Positions 1 through 12,329 of a stretch of 64,000 nucleotides of DNA are shown here, piece by piece. Numbering within the stretch: the stretch's first letter is position 1; the number at the start of each line of letters is the position of its first letter. Source of the DNA: Lama glama (taxonomy: Eukaryota). Under the pieces are notes generated by a model that was given only the letters and a program-made list of their open reading frames with translations, ran no database searches and had not been told where the DNA came from. A program made the position numbers and the translations under genes. The stretch is from contig CM052832.1 of the NCBI GenBank assembly GCA_028534125.1, forward strand, positions 22,756,001 to 22,820,000, written 5' to 3'.

Positions 1-304
1 CACTCAAAGTGGCTGCAGCAGTCATGGTTACATTGAATTTAAGACGGTGTTTCCTGACTCTTCTCAAATAGTAAGTCCAGGTGCCTAGGTGAATCCCCTT
101 TCCTAGAGATCTTTAAGAAAAATACAAATAGTTGGGTCTCTCTTCATCTGTTTCAAGTAAAACATAAAACAGACGAACGCAGTATTACATCATTGCCTTG
201 ACGCCTAGGAAAGGGGTGAGTAGAGTGTCCAGTCATTCTTGTTTCTAGACATCTGTTATTTTTCATAAAAGGAAGGAAATGACTGGAGTGGGAGTGAGTA
301 CTTC

Positions 305-410
305 AACTACCTGTGACTGACTGACTAGCAACCTTACTTTGCTCACCTGTGAGATAAGAGAGTGAAGTGATAATTTCTCAATTCCTTTTTAGCTGCAAGT
401 GTAAAATCTC
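305..410 (+). mobile_element. Degenerate MIR/MIR3-like SINE fragment
   Basis: ctgtgactg...tttgctcacctgtgagataagagagtg...ttcctttttagctgc resembles the MIR core and MIR3-type tail; recognised by eye. Confidence 0.35.
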
Positions 411-667
411 CCATATAGCACAGGCACATCATTGTATGGGTTTATTTTTCTCTTAAAACATTACAGAGTTTCTCTTCCATTTATGGTGGGTTAGGAAATT
501 ATGAGAGCAGCTAGAAAACCTGTACAGTATAAAATGTATTTTCCTGATACATTAGAAAGCCAACAAGATAGTGAGAAATTACAGAATCAAAACCAGGGAG
601 AAGAATGAAAGCCAGAGGAGAGAGCCTTGCTTTTAGAGTTCCTTTTCTCCTAAAGCCATGTACATAT

Positions 668-895
668 TTCTCAAATAGTCAGATTCGTAAAATCAAACAC
701 TAGAATGGCGGTTACTGGGGTCGGGGGTGAGGGGAAGGGTGGAAATGGGGAGTTATTAATCAACAGGCATAAGGTTTCATTAAATAAGATGAATGAGCTT
801 TAAAGATCTGTTGTACCTGTAGTCAACAGTGATATATTTCATGCTTAAAATTTGTTAAGAGAATAGATTTTGTGTTGTGTCTTGTCACAGTAAAA
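668..895 (+). mobile_element. Old L1 (L1MA/L1MB-type) 3' UTR fragment
   Basis: aatagtcagattcgtaaaatc...tagaatggcggttactgggg...aaatggggagtt...aaaatttgttaagagaatagatttt matches the typical eutherian L1MA/MB 3' end. Confidence 0.75.
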
Positions 896-1017
896 TTAGA
901 AAGTTAAAGTAAAAACTAAATATATACCAATAAATGTAAACAAATTGAATGATAGAGCTAAAAAAAGGGTAAATACGCAGCTAAATCTAAATTGGTATTG
1001 GTTATATGAGATAAAAT

Positions 1018-2069
1018 CAGTATTTTTGGATCCGTCTCCTAGAGTGATGGAAGTAAAAGCAAAAATAAACAAAGGGGATCTAATTAAACTTAAAAGCTTT
1101 TGCACAGAAAAGGAAACCATAAATAAAATGAAAAGACAACCTATGGAATGGGAGAGAATATTTGCAAATGATGTGATTGACAAGGGGATAATTTCCAAAA
1201 TATATAAACAGCTCATATAACTCAATACCAAAAACCAAACAACTCAATCAAAAAATGGGCAGAAGACTTAGAGATTTCATACAGATGGCCAACAAGCACA
1301 TGAAAAGATGCTCAACACTGTTAATTACTAGAGAAATGCAAATCAAAACTTCAATGAGGTATCACCTCACACGGGTCAGAATAGCCATCATCAAAAAGTG
1401 TCTAAATAACAAATGCTAGAGAGGGTGTGGAGAACAGGGAACGCTTCTACACTGTTGGTGGGAATGTACATTGGTGCAACCACTTTGGAGAACCGTATAG
1501 AGGTTTCTTAAACAACAAAAAATAGAGTTACTGTATAATCCAGCAATCCCACTCCTGGGCATATATCCGGAGGGAACTCTAATATGAAAAGATCCAGGTA
1601 CCCCAATGTTCATAACAGCACTATATACAATAGCCAAGACATAGAAGCAACCTAAATGTCCAACAGTAGATGACTAGACAAAGAAATTGTGGTACATATA
1701 TAATGGAATACTACTCAGCCATGAAAAAGAATGAAATAATGCCATTTGCAGCAACATGGATGGACCTAGAGATCATCGTACTAAGTGAAGTAAGTCAGAC
1801 AGAAAGACAGATATCACATGCTATCACTTACATGTGGAATCTAAAAAAAAATGATACAGATGAACTTACTTACAAACAGAAACAGACTCACAGACAGAAA
1901 ACAAACTTATGGTTACGAAAGGAAAAAGGAAGGGATGGAATAATTTAGGAGTTTGGGATTAACAGATACACACCACTATACATAAAATAGATAAACAAGG
2001 ACCTACGGTATAGTACAGGGAACTATATTCAATATCTTACAATGACCTGTAATGGAAAAAAGTCTGAAA

Positions 2070-2120
<51 letters not shown>

Positions 2121-2295
2121 GACACACACACATACACATATATATATATACACATACATACACACATATATATATACATACACACACACACACCCACCCA
2201 TATATATATATATATGTAACTGAATCACTTGGCTGTACACTAGAAACTAATAGAACATTGGAAACCAAATATATTTCAATAAAAACTTTTAAAAA
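1018..2295 (+). mobile_element. 5'-truncated LINE-1: degraded ORF2 C-terminus, 3' UTR and A-rich tail
   Basis: ORF 945-1220 contains KAKINKGDLIKLKSFCTEKETINKMKRQPMEWERIFAN; ORF 1670-1948 contains YYSAMKKNEIMPFAATWMDLEIIVLSEVSQ (L1 ORF2 end); caataaaaa at about 2277-2285; possible imperfect TSD gagataaaat (1008-1017) / gagattaaaat (2306-2316). Confidence 0.95.
2074..2216. repeat. Compound (CA)n/(TA)n microsatellite inside the L1 3' UTR
   Basis: Directly visible dinucleotide runs. Confidence 0.97.
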
Positions 2296-2869
2296 TATAT
2301 ATAGAGAGATTAAAATACATAATGATAATAGCATACAAGATGGGAGGGGTAAGTGGAATTAAAATGTTCTTGGGACTTTGCATTGTCTGGAAACAGGTAA
2401 GAGTACAGTTTTATATTAGGCTTTTCTTAGGCAAAGAAGCATTTTGTAATCTTCAGGAAATAATGTTATGTCAGAAATTTGTTATGTAAATTTAAGTAAA
2501 AATGTTTCTGCAGGGCTTATAGCCTTGTGCCAATTTTAAATTTTGATATTTTTCTTCTTTTGGCTATGTTATATGTAAAAAAAAAATTGACCTTTTAAGG
2601 AAAGTAGTTCAAAGAATCATGCAAAAGCTCAAATTCAACTTAATATTTATTTATCTATTTAAAGGAAATCACCTGAAGGTGACTTTGAAACAGAAGAATA
2701 TCCCTTGTCTGAAGCTGGGAAGTTTTGGAAAGGGCACAGCCGGTTTTAATCCAGTGTTGGCTGAAAAGTATGAGGCATAAATCCAATAACCGTACTTCTA
2801 AAGTCATCCATATGAGCTAATTCTTTTAACAGGCCAGTTTGCTTGAAGGTAGTGAACCCTCTCCTGAGT

Positions 2870-3000
2870 TTGGATATTATCGCTTACCTTCAGATGAAGG
2901 CAGGCTCAGAAGAGATAACAGAAAGAGAAGGAGATCAGGTGACTTGGCCTGAATTGAACATTTCTGTGTCCCACCTGGGACATCAGATTCTCAGAAGTAA
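2870..3000 (-). mobile_element. MIR fragment
   Basis: cagatgaaggcaggctcagaagag...gtgacttggcctga resembles the antisense MIR core (cagatgaggaaactgaggctcagagaggttaagtgacttgccc). Confidence 0.5.
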
Positions 3001-3084
3001 GGACCAGTATCTGTGTGCATTGTAATACTGGAAAGGAGCTAGCTGTTCTGTGGGGGATAGGATCCTGCTTGGCTGAGACTCCAG

Positions 3085-3180
3085 TAAAGAGGGTTGTCGT
3101 CTTGGTCTGCTACTTACTAATAACTCTGTGGCCTTTGGCTAGTCACTTTGTAACTCAGTTTTATTTTCTGTAATACGGGC
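3085..3180 (+). mobile_element. MIR fragment
   Basis: ctgctacttactaataactctgtggcctttggctagtcactt...ctcagttttattttctgtaa is the MIR core. Confidence 0.6.
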
Positions 3181-5699
3181 AAAGCAATTTAGTGTAACGC
3201 AATTTAACTCATAAATGTAAGCTCTAGAAAAACATTTTAAAGTGTTTTATAAAGAGAAAACTATATACAAATAAAAGACATCACTTTTACTTCCAATTAT
3301 ATGACACATAACTCAAGTCAGCTTTTATCCATGGTTACAAAGAGATGGACGCATTTATAGTAAGCATGAAAATGAAACCAAGGCTCTGTACATTTGGGTT
3401 AAAAGCAGTTGCTTAAACAATTACAAGAAAAAAAATAGATTTTCATAGTGACTAAACCTTAGCAAGAATTTTAATTTTGTCCTGTATTATACATTGATAA
3501 TAAAGTACTTGTCAAATTCTAAATTTATTTTCCTTTCATTAAGTATTCTTTTAAATTTGGTGCCTACTTTACTCTGTTTCTTATAATAGGCACACAGAAC
3601 ATGCAAAAACAATGTCAGCATGAGCAGATTTCCAGTAATCTGTTAAATAGCTTAATCTGGAACTTTCTTCATAAGCAAAGCATACATTGTTACAGAAAAA
3701 AATAAATCTATGCACTTGGATGATGATTTGGGATTTCATATTTAATGCCATAGATTTGTTATTTTGAGATGATGGACAACAAATTTCGTACCTAATTCTA
3801 AATAAGCAGAGGGAAAATTGCATTTGAGACTGTTAGCTATCGATTCTCTGAGAAAATGTAAAGTGTAGAGTTCTGAGCTGGTGATGATGTTGGAATTTCT
3901 AGAAGATACTTCGTTTCAGCCTCTGGAGTTGTATGTGTGGAAATGAGAAAATATAGACTTTCCTGGTCATATCTAGCTGATTGGATTTTGAGAATCAGAT
4001 TTTATTTGCTGGGGATAAGACAATTTCAGCTCTTTGCTTTGTTTGTGAAGATCTAGCTGTAGATCTTCCAAAAAACCTATCAAAATATTTTCTCTATTGG
4101 GTTCTTCCTTCTTTCCTTCCCCACTTCTTTCCTCCCTTCCCTTCTGCCTGGCCTGAAATTAGACTTAGTGTCTGTTAGTTCTTTCTCAGTCCTTCAGATC
4201 TCTTGCTTTGAGCTCTGTTCCTTCCTGGGGCCCTGGGGGGAATATCAGCAGTCCCTAAAGCGTCTTCAAGGAAAACGCAGAGTTCAAACTGGCAACGTAT
4301 TCTTATAGTGACAGAGTGTTTTATCCCCATGGAAATGGAAGGACTTACTTCTATCATATATATTTATGCCAGATAGGGAGTGTAAGCCAAACAGAAAAAG
4401 GGTGATGACACCCCAGGCACTAAAATGCTTCCAAAATTCTGAAAAGTCTTAACTTTTCCTTGATGGGTACAACTTGAGAAATGTTACAAAAGATGGTATA
4501 CACCAAAGAATCCAGAGTGCAGAGGGAAGATGTGATTGCTCAGGACCACGGAAATCTCTTTCAAGTAGACTCAGTATAATAAGACAAAATAGAATTTAGC
4601 ATTATTCACTAATAATTAATTCACGTTTACCAAAGATTCTTTTTTTTCTTTAAGAAATAATGTCATCTGAAATGATCTGTTGACTCCATTTTCTTCGACC
4701 CACAGCCGTGCATGTCCAGCCCCCTTTGGATGTTCCGTTACAGTGAAAAGGAACTGGGGTAGAAATCAGGCAGGCATGCTTCCTACACGTGTGTATGTCA
4801 TCATATATGAATACATGAATTTGGTGGGACTCAGTTTTAATGTGTTTAAGAGAAAAGGAAGAAGGAGGGCGAGAGGGAAGGAAAAGTGAATGGAAGGAGG
4901 GAAAGAGAAAGAAAGGTCATCATGCCAGTGCAGCAATTACTGAGGAATTTGAAGAAAGAAATGTACGTGGTGTGTCTGTCCACGCTTAAGCGCTCAGTAA
5001 GTTTTAGTTGTTATATCATTAGTAGTGAAGTTTGAATAAAGCGCACACACACCATTAGTTTTTGTATCTTTCGGTCCATTTTGTTTGGGTAAAAGATGTT
5101 GGAGGGTAGTCTGCTGACTAGAAAGCCAGGATAGTGTGATATTTATTAGTGGGGAGAACTACTAAGAGGAGGTGACACTAACTGTAATTGATGCCATAGA
5201 GGAGGACTCTGAAGGACTGAGGGCGGAGAACGCCTTTCACCCAAAGGCTGATTAAAAATGGAACAGTGCTTCAGAACTCTAATAACCGCTCTGGGGTTTA
5301 TGTGGTTTGGCATTGGTGAATATGTGATATCTGTTGTACAGCTCCTTGGTGGAGGAAGAATTTCTTAGCCTAATTCATGTCTAACAGCTTTTTAACATGA
5401 CAGGACTAAAACAAAGCTAATTTTAGCTGGACAGGGATAACGGCCATTTATGGTTGGGTATTATAGTTGGCCAGGAAAAGAGACTAAAAATGACTTCAGC
5501 AAGACTGACTGCATCCCCGAACGTATCTTTTCCTACATGATAGTCTGCAACAAAACAAAACAAAACAAAACAACAAACCTCTTTTCCAGATCTCTTAATT
5601 AAGGAATGTTACTTAGTTATACCATTTTATATGTAACTTAAGTTGTCAAAATGTATCTCGTGTTTAAAATAACCCCATAGTACTTCCAGTATAAAAGGA

Positions 5700-5895
5700 A
5701 GAAAATGGGCTTTGGGGTTGGAGCTGAATCCCAAATCCAATTCTTTAACTTCTTAACTACCCAGCTGACCTTTATTCTTTATCTATAAAATTAGGGTAAC
5801 AATACCTTTACCATAGGACTATGTCAGTGATTAAATGACTGAAAGCACGTGAAATGCTTAGAACAGTGTCTGTGGCTTAGTTGTCACACAGTCAC
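5700..5895 (+). mobile_element. MIR SINE
   Basis: gggctttggggttggagctgaatcc...tctataaaattagggtaacaatacc...gattaaatga...gtgaaatgcttagaacagtgtctg. Confidence 0.8.
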
Positions 5896-6127
5896 ATTAT
5901 AATACAGTGATTCCATTTTGTTTTCTAATACTCAAGCTATTTTGTGGATTCTCATTAACCCTCACTTTTTTTAATACCCCCAGATAGATAGCTCTGTATT
6001 TTAATGGAGTCTTGTTAATATGATGAACTCTGTGAAAATATTTCATCTTAATATCCAAGGCGAATGATGAATCTGTCTAATGCCAGTATCTCATATATTG
6101 TTCTTCCTCCACACCTACAGAGAACTT

Positions 6128-6590
6128 TTTGTCTTAGCTTGAGTCCTCTAGAAGGCAGGTCCTGAGGCCAGGGATTGGTGCTGGCATCTTCCTTGGAGGT
6201 ACACATCCAGGGCAGTGAAGGGGAGAGCAAGGTAAACTGGAGTGCAGCGTGTGGCCGCTTTATAACAGGCCACAGCAGGTTACTTAGTAGAATTGTTAAT
6301 TCTGTACATGGGGATTCTGTAGAAGGTTTATAAGAAGAAACTTTACCACAGGATGGAAAAAGAAGGGGAAACGTGCTTGTCTAGCTCTCATCCACCTCCC
6401 ATTTCCAGCTGGCCAACTGTCATCCCGTGAGGAGCTAACTCCCTGAAGCTAAGTTGCCTAGGCTGGGTCACCTGGCCCCTGCACCACTTCTCCAGAGGCT
6501 GATACCACACCCCACAGTGCGGGCTTTTACTAACACCCAGTACTGACGGAATCCAAGAAGGCTGAAAAGATTTGTGTCCTGATATACATG
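6128..6590. mobile_element. Ancient MaLR LTR (MLT1-type)
   Basis: Starts tgtcttagcttgagtcctctagaaggcaggtcctgaggccagggatt, similar to MLT1 termini (tgtcttagtttgggttcctccagaagcagaccctgag); right boundary approximate. Confidence 0.55.
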
Positions 6591-7699
6591 GGCGTAGCCT
6601 ATCCTTTGGGGAAAGATACCAGCTCAGGGTTTTAAGCAGTTGTCCTAACAATGTACAAAAGCTGGTTAATTTATAGCCCATGCATTAAAATCCATGAGCG
6701 ATTACCAGGAAATCCAACTCAAAAGAAAATGGCAATTTCTTGGAAATTTCAACATATACGTTTGGTGTTGGGTATTATTAAGAGAGTTCGAATTGGAACT
6801 TAACCAAAAATAATCTCAAGGTTTAAAAGTATCTGCCACAGAAGCAAAATGTTCAGGGAAGTGCTGCGTTCAGAATAGGGCTGTTAGAGTTGATGCAACT
6901 TGTTCACGTACAGCTTGAAAGCTGTGCTTGAAATTTGTGCACACGTGTAAATTGACTTATAGCCCCGGGTCACCAGTACAACTGGGTCACCACAAAATAG
7001 ACTTGCGGCCTCCATGTCTCCTTTTCCTCTTTTAACTTGAAGGGAAATATTGGACCTTCTCTATTTCACTTTAAGGGAGGCCTATTTATTCCATCTGTGC
7101 ATAATTTTAACCCCTGTGCTCTGATGACAAGGTCCAGTCATCCCAGAAGTGAGTTGGTTCTTTCTCCAATGACCCATGAAAATTCCATGCTCCTCTTTAC
7201 TCTCCCCGCTCTGTCATTTAAAAAAAAAAAAAAAGTGGGTTGGAAAGTGAGTGGCCTGACACTAGTGAAAACTGCTGCCTTGGTAGCCCAGGATGATAGA
7301 AGTTTATGAATGCTAGCTGTCTGCCACAAGCCCTGTGGTGGTACCACAACATCCTCCCACAAATTCTGTGCATACTCCCTATTACCTAATTGTGCAGCTC
7401 ATTGCTAGACTCTCTCAAAAATTACAAGGAGAAAAAAGATAACTAAGTCTTTGGATCACTGGAAATATAGTCCAAAGTATGGATCCAAAAACCGCATTAT
7501 AATGACATAAAGATTAGGTAGAAACACGTCAGAAGTAGTCCCTGAATTGCGGAAGAAAGAGTTGGAAGAGAAGAGACCTCTTTCTCACCACCTGTGGGTG
7601 TGTGTTCACTCTGCAGTTAACAGCGAGCTAGGGCGCCTTTCTGAAGTCTTGTCCTGTGACTTCAGAATTCGATCTCACACTGTACTCGTTCTTACACAC

Positions 7700-7865
7700 A
7701 TTTTACAGCCTATTCTCCATTTAGCTGTCAGAACGAATCCTTTAAAAGGATGAGTCACATCTTGATGATCGTGACATCTTAGCACTTCAGTGACTTCCCA
7801 TCACATTTAGGATAAAATCCTGAGTTGAAAGCTTACAAGGCCCTCCTTGACCTCATCCTAGGCTT
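7700..7865 (+). mobile_element. L2 fragment
   Basis: cctattctccatttagctgtcaga...cttcagtgacttcccatcacatttaggataaaatcc...ttacaaggccctccttgacct is a typical L2 segment. Confidence 0.75.
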
Positions 7866-7914
7866 TCTCACAGATGTGAACCTGTAGCTTCCTCCCAGCC
7901 GATCTGCTGCGGCC

Positions 7915-8040
7915 ACTGTGGTCCAGGGTGAGGAAGAAAGGACTTAAACCAGTGGATATGGAAAGATGTCAAGGATTTTGAGACGTATTTTGGATGCAGA
8001 AGAGATAGGTCTTGCTGATAGATTAAATGTGAGCGTTGAA
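7915..8040 (-). mobile_element. L2 fragment, opposite orientation to its neighbour
   Basis: gtccagggtgag...gacttaaaccagtgg...ggattttgagacgtattttgga...ggtcttgctgatagattaaatgtgag is antisense L2. Confidence 0.65.
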
Positions 8041-8257
8041 ATAAAAGTTGCATACAGAATTGTTTTAGGTCCTAATGGGCACTCAGTCAGTGTTAGTTCT
8101 TACTCTGTGTACTATCAAACATCAGTGAGAACTGGGTGAGTTCTAACACGTGAATGTGCGGCAGTGATAATCCTGCTTAAGCTGGGCATGGTCAGCTTGT
8201 TATGAATATGGACCCCATGTTCAGGTCAGGATTTAGTGTTCTCATCTTCACCTGTGA

Positions 8258-8505
8258 GTCAGTAGTTCTCCAAGTTTTGTGGAGAACAGTACTGCTTATC
8301 TTTGGAAGAGCTGCCACTATTCAAGTACATGACGTACTTGAGCACGTTCAATACTTCTTGAAGTTGATTCCAAGGCCACGGCCAAGGGGATCTCTTATTC
8401 ATTTAAAAATGAGCAACAGATTCCTCGCTTGGAGGAATTTGGAAATCTTCGTTTTAACAAGATCCCCCATCCTTACAGATTCAGAGCTTAAAAATCACGG
8501 CCTTA
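8258..8505. mobile_element. MER5-like hAT-Charlie DNA transposon remnant
   Basis: cagtagttctccaa at the left; aatcttcgttttaacaagatcccc...aaaaatcacgg at the right. Confidence 0.45.
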
Positions 8506-8897
8506 AGAGATTTCGTTAGAACTGTATGTTGGGTGGGGTCTGTTAAAAGTTGAATTTGAGTTACCTCCACTCCACCTTCCTGGGGAAACTAAGCACCTCT
8601 CAGATGCTGAAGATCACTAACATTTAACTGAGAGGCCCTGTGGGCGACGAATGGGATTGAGTTCCCGCTGGGAAATGGGTCGTTTTTCAGACCTTGCAGG
8701 ACATGTGTACATTGGCACCCATAAGTCTTTTGATTCACTGGGAGAAGGCTGCTCAGACCCAGACAGCTGGTGAATTCATGTGCTGCTGCTTCAAGGGGGG
8801 TAAACTGGTCTCCCAGAAACTGTGCGGCAGGCTGCTCTCCATCGCACCCTGGAACCGGAATACTGTCCTAGTAACTTTTATTCTATCTTTTTGACAG

Positions 8898-8926
8898 GCT
8901 TCCTCAGAGACATAGCAGAATGCCAG
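8898..8926 (+). other. Candidate 29-nt micro-exon
   Basis: taactttt...ttctatctttttgacAG acceptor and CAG|GTACTG donor; motif evidence only. Confidence 0.2.
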
Positions 8927-9169
8927 GTACTGAAAAAGGGAAAAAAAAAATCCAAAAAGCAAGCATTCCTATCACTCTAGTCTTCTTTCTTTTCTAAACT
9001 TCATTAAGGACAATATATTTCCAGGGTTTCTTTTTTTATCATTTTCAAAACCAAAAATGGAAAACAAAATTGTTCTGATCTCCAGTTTTAAATGTAAGAC
9101 AAATCTCTAGCTGCTTTAAAGTCCCATAGGAGAGGGAGGGTGCTGGCCATCCCAGCTCAGTCCCCACCT

Positions 9170-9620
9170 AGGGAATTTGCCAGTTTCGCAAATTTGAATT
9201 CAATTTACCACAGCCACATGAAAGGCGACTGAATTTCAAAGCCTGATGATGGGAGTGACATTGAATACAAGATTGTGTGGCACTTTAAAGAACTTCCCTT
9301 TTATTAGCGGCTCCATAATCACATTAACTTAAACTGAAAATGTGAACTAATTCTTTCCCTAGAGGCCCGTGCGTTAATAATTGTAGAAATCTGTGAAAAA
9401 GGATAAATACAATTGAATAATTATATTGATAAATAAAATGAAAATCAACTAATTGTGTCATTCACTCAGAAGCTCGCTTTGGCTGTTGCTGGCTTTATGC
9501 TCCACTGGCTGCTAAACTTTTCTGTCACACTTCAATAAGTTTAATTGTGCAGAGTAAATGAGCTAATTTTTGAAGTCACAGGCTCTGTTTGCAAGATAAG
9601 GGTGGCGATTTATTGACCTC
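9170..9620. promoter_or_regulatory. Candidate conserved non-coding element / enhancer
   Basis: No recognisable repeat; dense TAAT/ATTA, TGACA and TCAAAG-type motifs. Confidence 0.35.
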
Positions 9621-10319
9621 TTCTAGCACCATGAGAGCATCATAGTCCTTTTCTACTGACAACCTGGCATCAGCCGTTTCCTCCCGCCGTTCAGGTCCCC
9701 TCATAGCTCTTCCTAAGTCCTACCCTAGCCTTCTCTCTCCCCTCTCATCCTCTTTCTCGAAATCACTGAGAGCATATCGTAACAGTCTGGCAGGCCCTGC
9801 TTTCCGATGGCGGCAGAAGAAAATTCTGTGGTTTCTGTAGTAGCGCTTTATAGGGTGATCAATTGTTTTTACTTTTCTGCAACTCTCTGAATTTGTCAGT
9901 TTTTTTCAGCTGAAGCCCCAGGCGGTAAACTTACGCCTTCTAGTGCCCCAAAGTGAAACCCAGTGTCCCTGTAGGTGTGACATTGATAATGGAGGCAATC
10001 GTTTTTCTTCTTGGATTTGAGTTTTTTGTGACAGGCACACTGATGTCACACCAGCTCAGTGCTCCTGATGAAACACAGTTTTTAAAAATGAGGCCACTTC
10101 CTGCATGCTGGGTTGAGATATGGCAACATAAATATAACCATTTAAACTTCCTAGAATCATTTGAACAAGCAAAACAGAATCTGTAACATAGAGAATATGC
10201 CTTAAACTGGGTGCCTTAGGGTCTGAAGTAGCTTTTTCATAATTTTCTCCTCCATTATGTCCAGTTTAGTATAACTGATTATTTCCCATATTAGCCCCGG
10301 ATTATTAATACACACCAGA

Positions 10320-10430
10320 GAACTTGTCTTATTCATGCTTTGTGTACAGCTTCTAGTGCAATGCCTGAAATTAGTAGATGTTCACTAAAATCATTGTTCA
10401 AATAATACATTAATGGATTAATGAATGAAT
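10320..10430 (+). mobile_element. L2 3' end
   Basis: tgtcttattcatgc...ctagtgcaatgcctga...tagtagatgttcactaaa...aatgaatgaat (L2 terminal tgaa repeat). Confidence 0.75.
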
Positions 10431-10899
10431 CACACCAATATGAAGCTATCATATTAAAAGGGATATATGAGTATATATTTTAGCCTGTAATGGGACAATT
10501 TGGAAAACATGCAATTTTAGACAAGTGTGGTGGCGTAACGACCTCCAAGTAGTGTGGCCAGGGTAGACTTTATGAGAATTCTCTAGAGGGAGGTTAGAAA
10601 AATAACTTTTTTAATAGAGCAAGTCTTGTCAGTCATCCCTGGGCATCTAAGTGGGTCACACAAAGAAAACGTGGTCCACGCCGAACTGGAGCCATTTCTC
10701 CGGTGGAGGAGTTCCACGAACACATCTCCCAGGGGGGTGTGTCCGCCGTCCGCCAGGGTGGGCTCCATTGTCTGCCTCTCCTGGAATCATGAAAAGTGAT
10801 GGTACTATCAGTGTGGAGAGTTGGGGTTCCTAGTACCGTGGCTTCAATCATGTGATTAGGAAAACTCAGTTACAAATGTCTCGCTCAGCAAAATGCTAG

Positions 10900-11487
10900 T
10901 GTTGCCGAAAGATCGGCCCCTGTCCCTGAAGAGCCGAATAACCCAGAGACGGGGTCTTGGAGCTTAGAAGAAAAGAGATAATTTTATTGCTTTGCCCGGC
11001 AAAGGGGGCGCACAGCAGGCTAGTGCCTTCAAAACTGTGAACCCCCCTCAGGGATGGGGTGGGGTGGTTATACAGCCGTAGCTCAACCTCGAAGCTTCCA
11101 TAACGATCAACAGAATCATTTTCTCCTTAGAAGACTTAGAATTGTGTCATGATGCCTCCAGGCGACCAATTCTATACAGGCCAGCGGTTAGATCTCTTTA
11201 TCTCGTAAGCACTCAAGGTGTGGTCTTCTTGGTAATTCAGGCTATTTTGTAAGGTTACAGTCCTGCGACCTTCTCCCTGGAGAAGGACTCAGAGACCAAG
11301 TGTGATTATTACTTTCAATGACTGGAATAAAGTAGAAACAATAAGGTCAATAGCTTTAGTTTTAACAATGGGCCTGGAACTGTGAGTAGCAGACCCGGTC
11401 AGTCAGGCCAGTTGACCATTTTAGGGGCGAGCATAAGAATATACAATCTGTTAGCCTAAGTGCGGCCATTTTATTAATCCTCCTTCA
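10900..11487 (-). mobile_element. ERV1-class solo LTR, 588 bp, perfect 4-bp TSD
   Basis: TG...CA termini; CTAG at 10896-10899 and 11488-11491; minus strand reads TGAAGGAGG...GGCAACA, with AATAAA (plus-strand tttatt at about 10983-10988) about 85 nt from its 3' end; many CpGs retained. Confidence 0.88.
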
Positions 11488-12329
11488 CTAGTACAATATG
11501 AATGTGCGTGTGTGCATGTGTGTTTGTTTGCTCTCTTGAACACGAAGAGGACAAGTGGATTTTTTTTAACTTCTTTTAACTACCCTTTTATTTTCCAACC
11601 TTGTCTCCTCTGCATCAGCTCTTTGAAGTCTGAGAACTTGGCCTGGGGGAGGGAAGAGCCAGCTTCAGGGCTCTTGGTGAAGACAGTATGATGGGCCTTG
11701 CCCTGGGCTCAGCGCTACCTCCAGGAAAGAGTCTCCAGGTGTTCGCCTGCAGGAAGTCATAAAGTCAATGCAAATCAGGACAAATTCCCCATGGCAGGAC
11801 AGAGCTTTCCTACACCCGGCCCTCACGCCGCCATTGTTACCATCTATTTAAAAAACAGCCATTGAGTAGGCTTTAGATTTTAGTTACCTGGTGTATCAGC
11901 CAAGGACAGAGGTCATAATACCTCATAACACTGCCGATGCCTGGCTTTGCCCACCTTAACCTAGGACTGGGAGGAAAGTCGTTCTTTTCCACATCGTGGT
12001 CCTTATTCTTGCCAAAGTGTTTATTGAATCCCTAACTAAAACCACTTGTGCTCTTGAACTTTCCTCCTGGAAAAAAAAAATAGCGATTATTGTTTCTTTC
12101 TCAGAGGGACACAAAGAGGGATTGCCACAGGAAACCCAGAGAGGCTCCGGAAGACGAGCCTGCGTTGAGATAGAAGCCAGGAGCCCACTTAGCCAACTGC
12201 CTCCCTGGGACCTGGCACCGAGGCGGGTCAAAGACAGCAAATGCCGCCGAGCCCCCATGTGAAAGGGGGAACTTGGCATTCACCCTCCTAAACCCTCCAT
12301 CCCTCGGCCCGAGTGCTTGGGAATTCTGT

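Noticed and set aside
2003..2334. Cys/Val/Tyr-rich ORFs
   Set aside because: Translations of the (CA)/(TA) microsatellite.
2894..2938. Exon-like cAG|ATGAAG...CAG|GTGACT segment
   Set aside because: Coincides with an antisense MIR core, which naturally carries these motifs.
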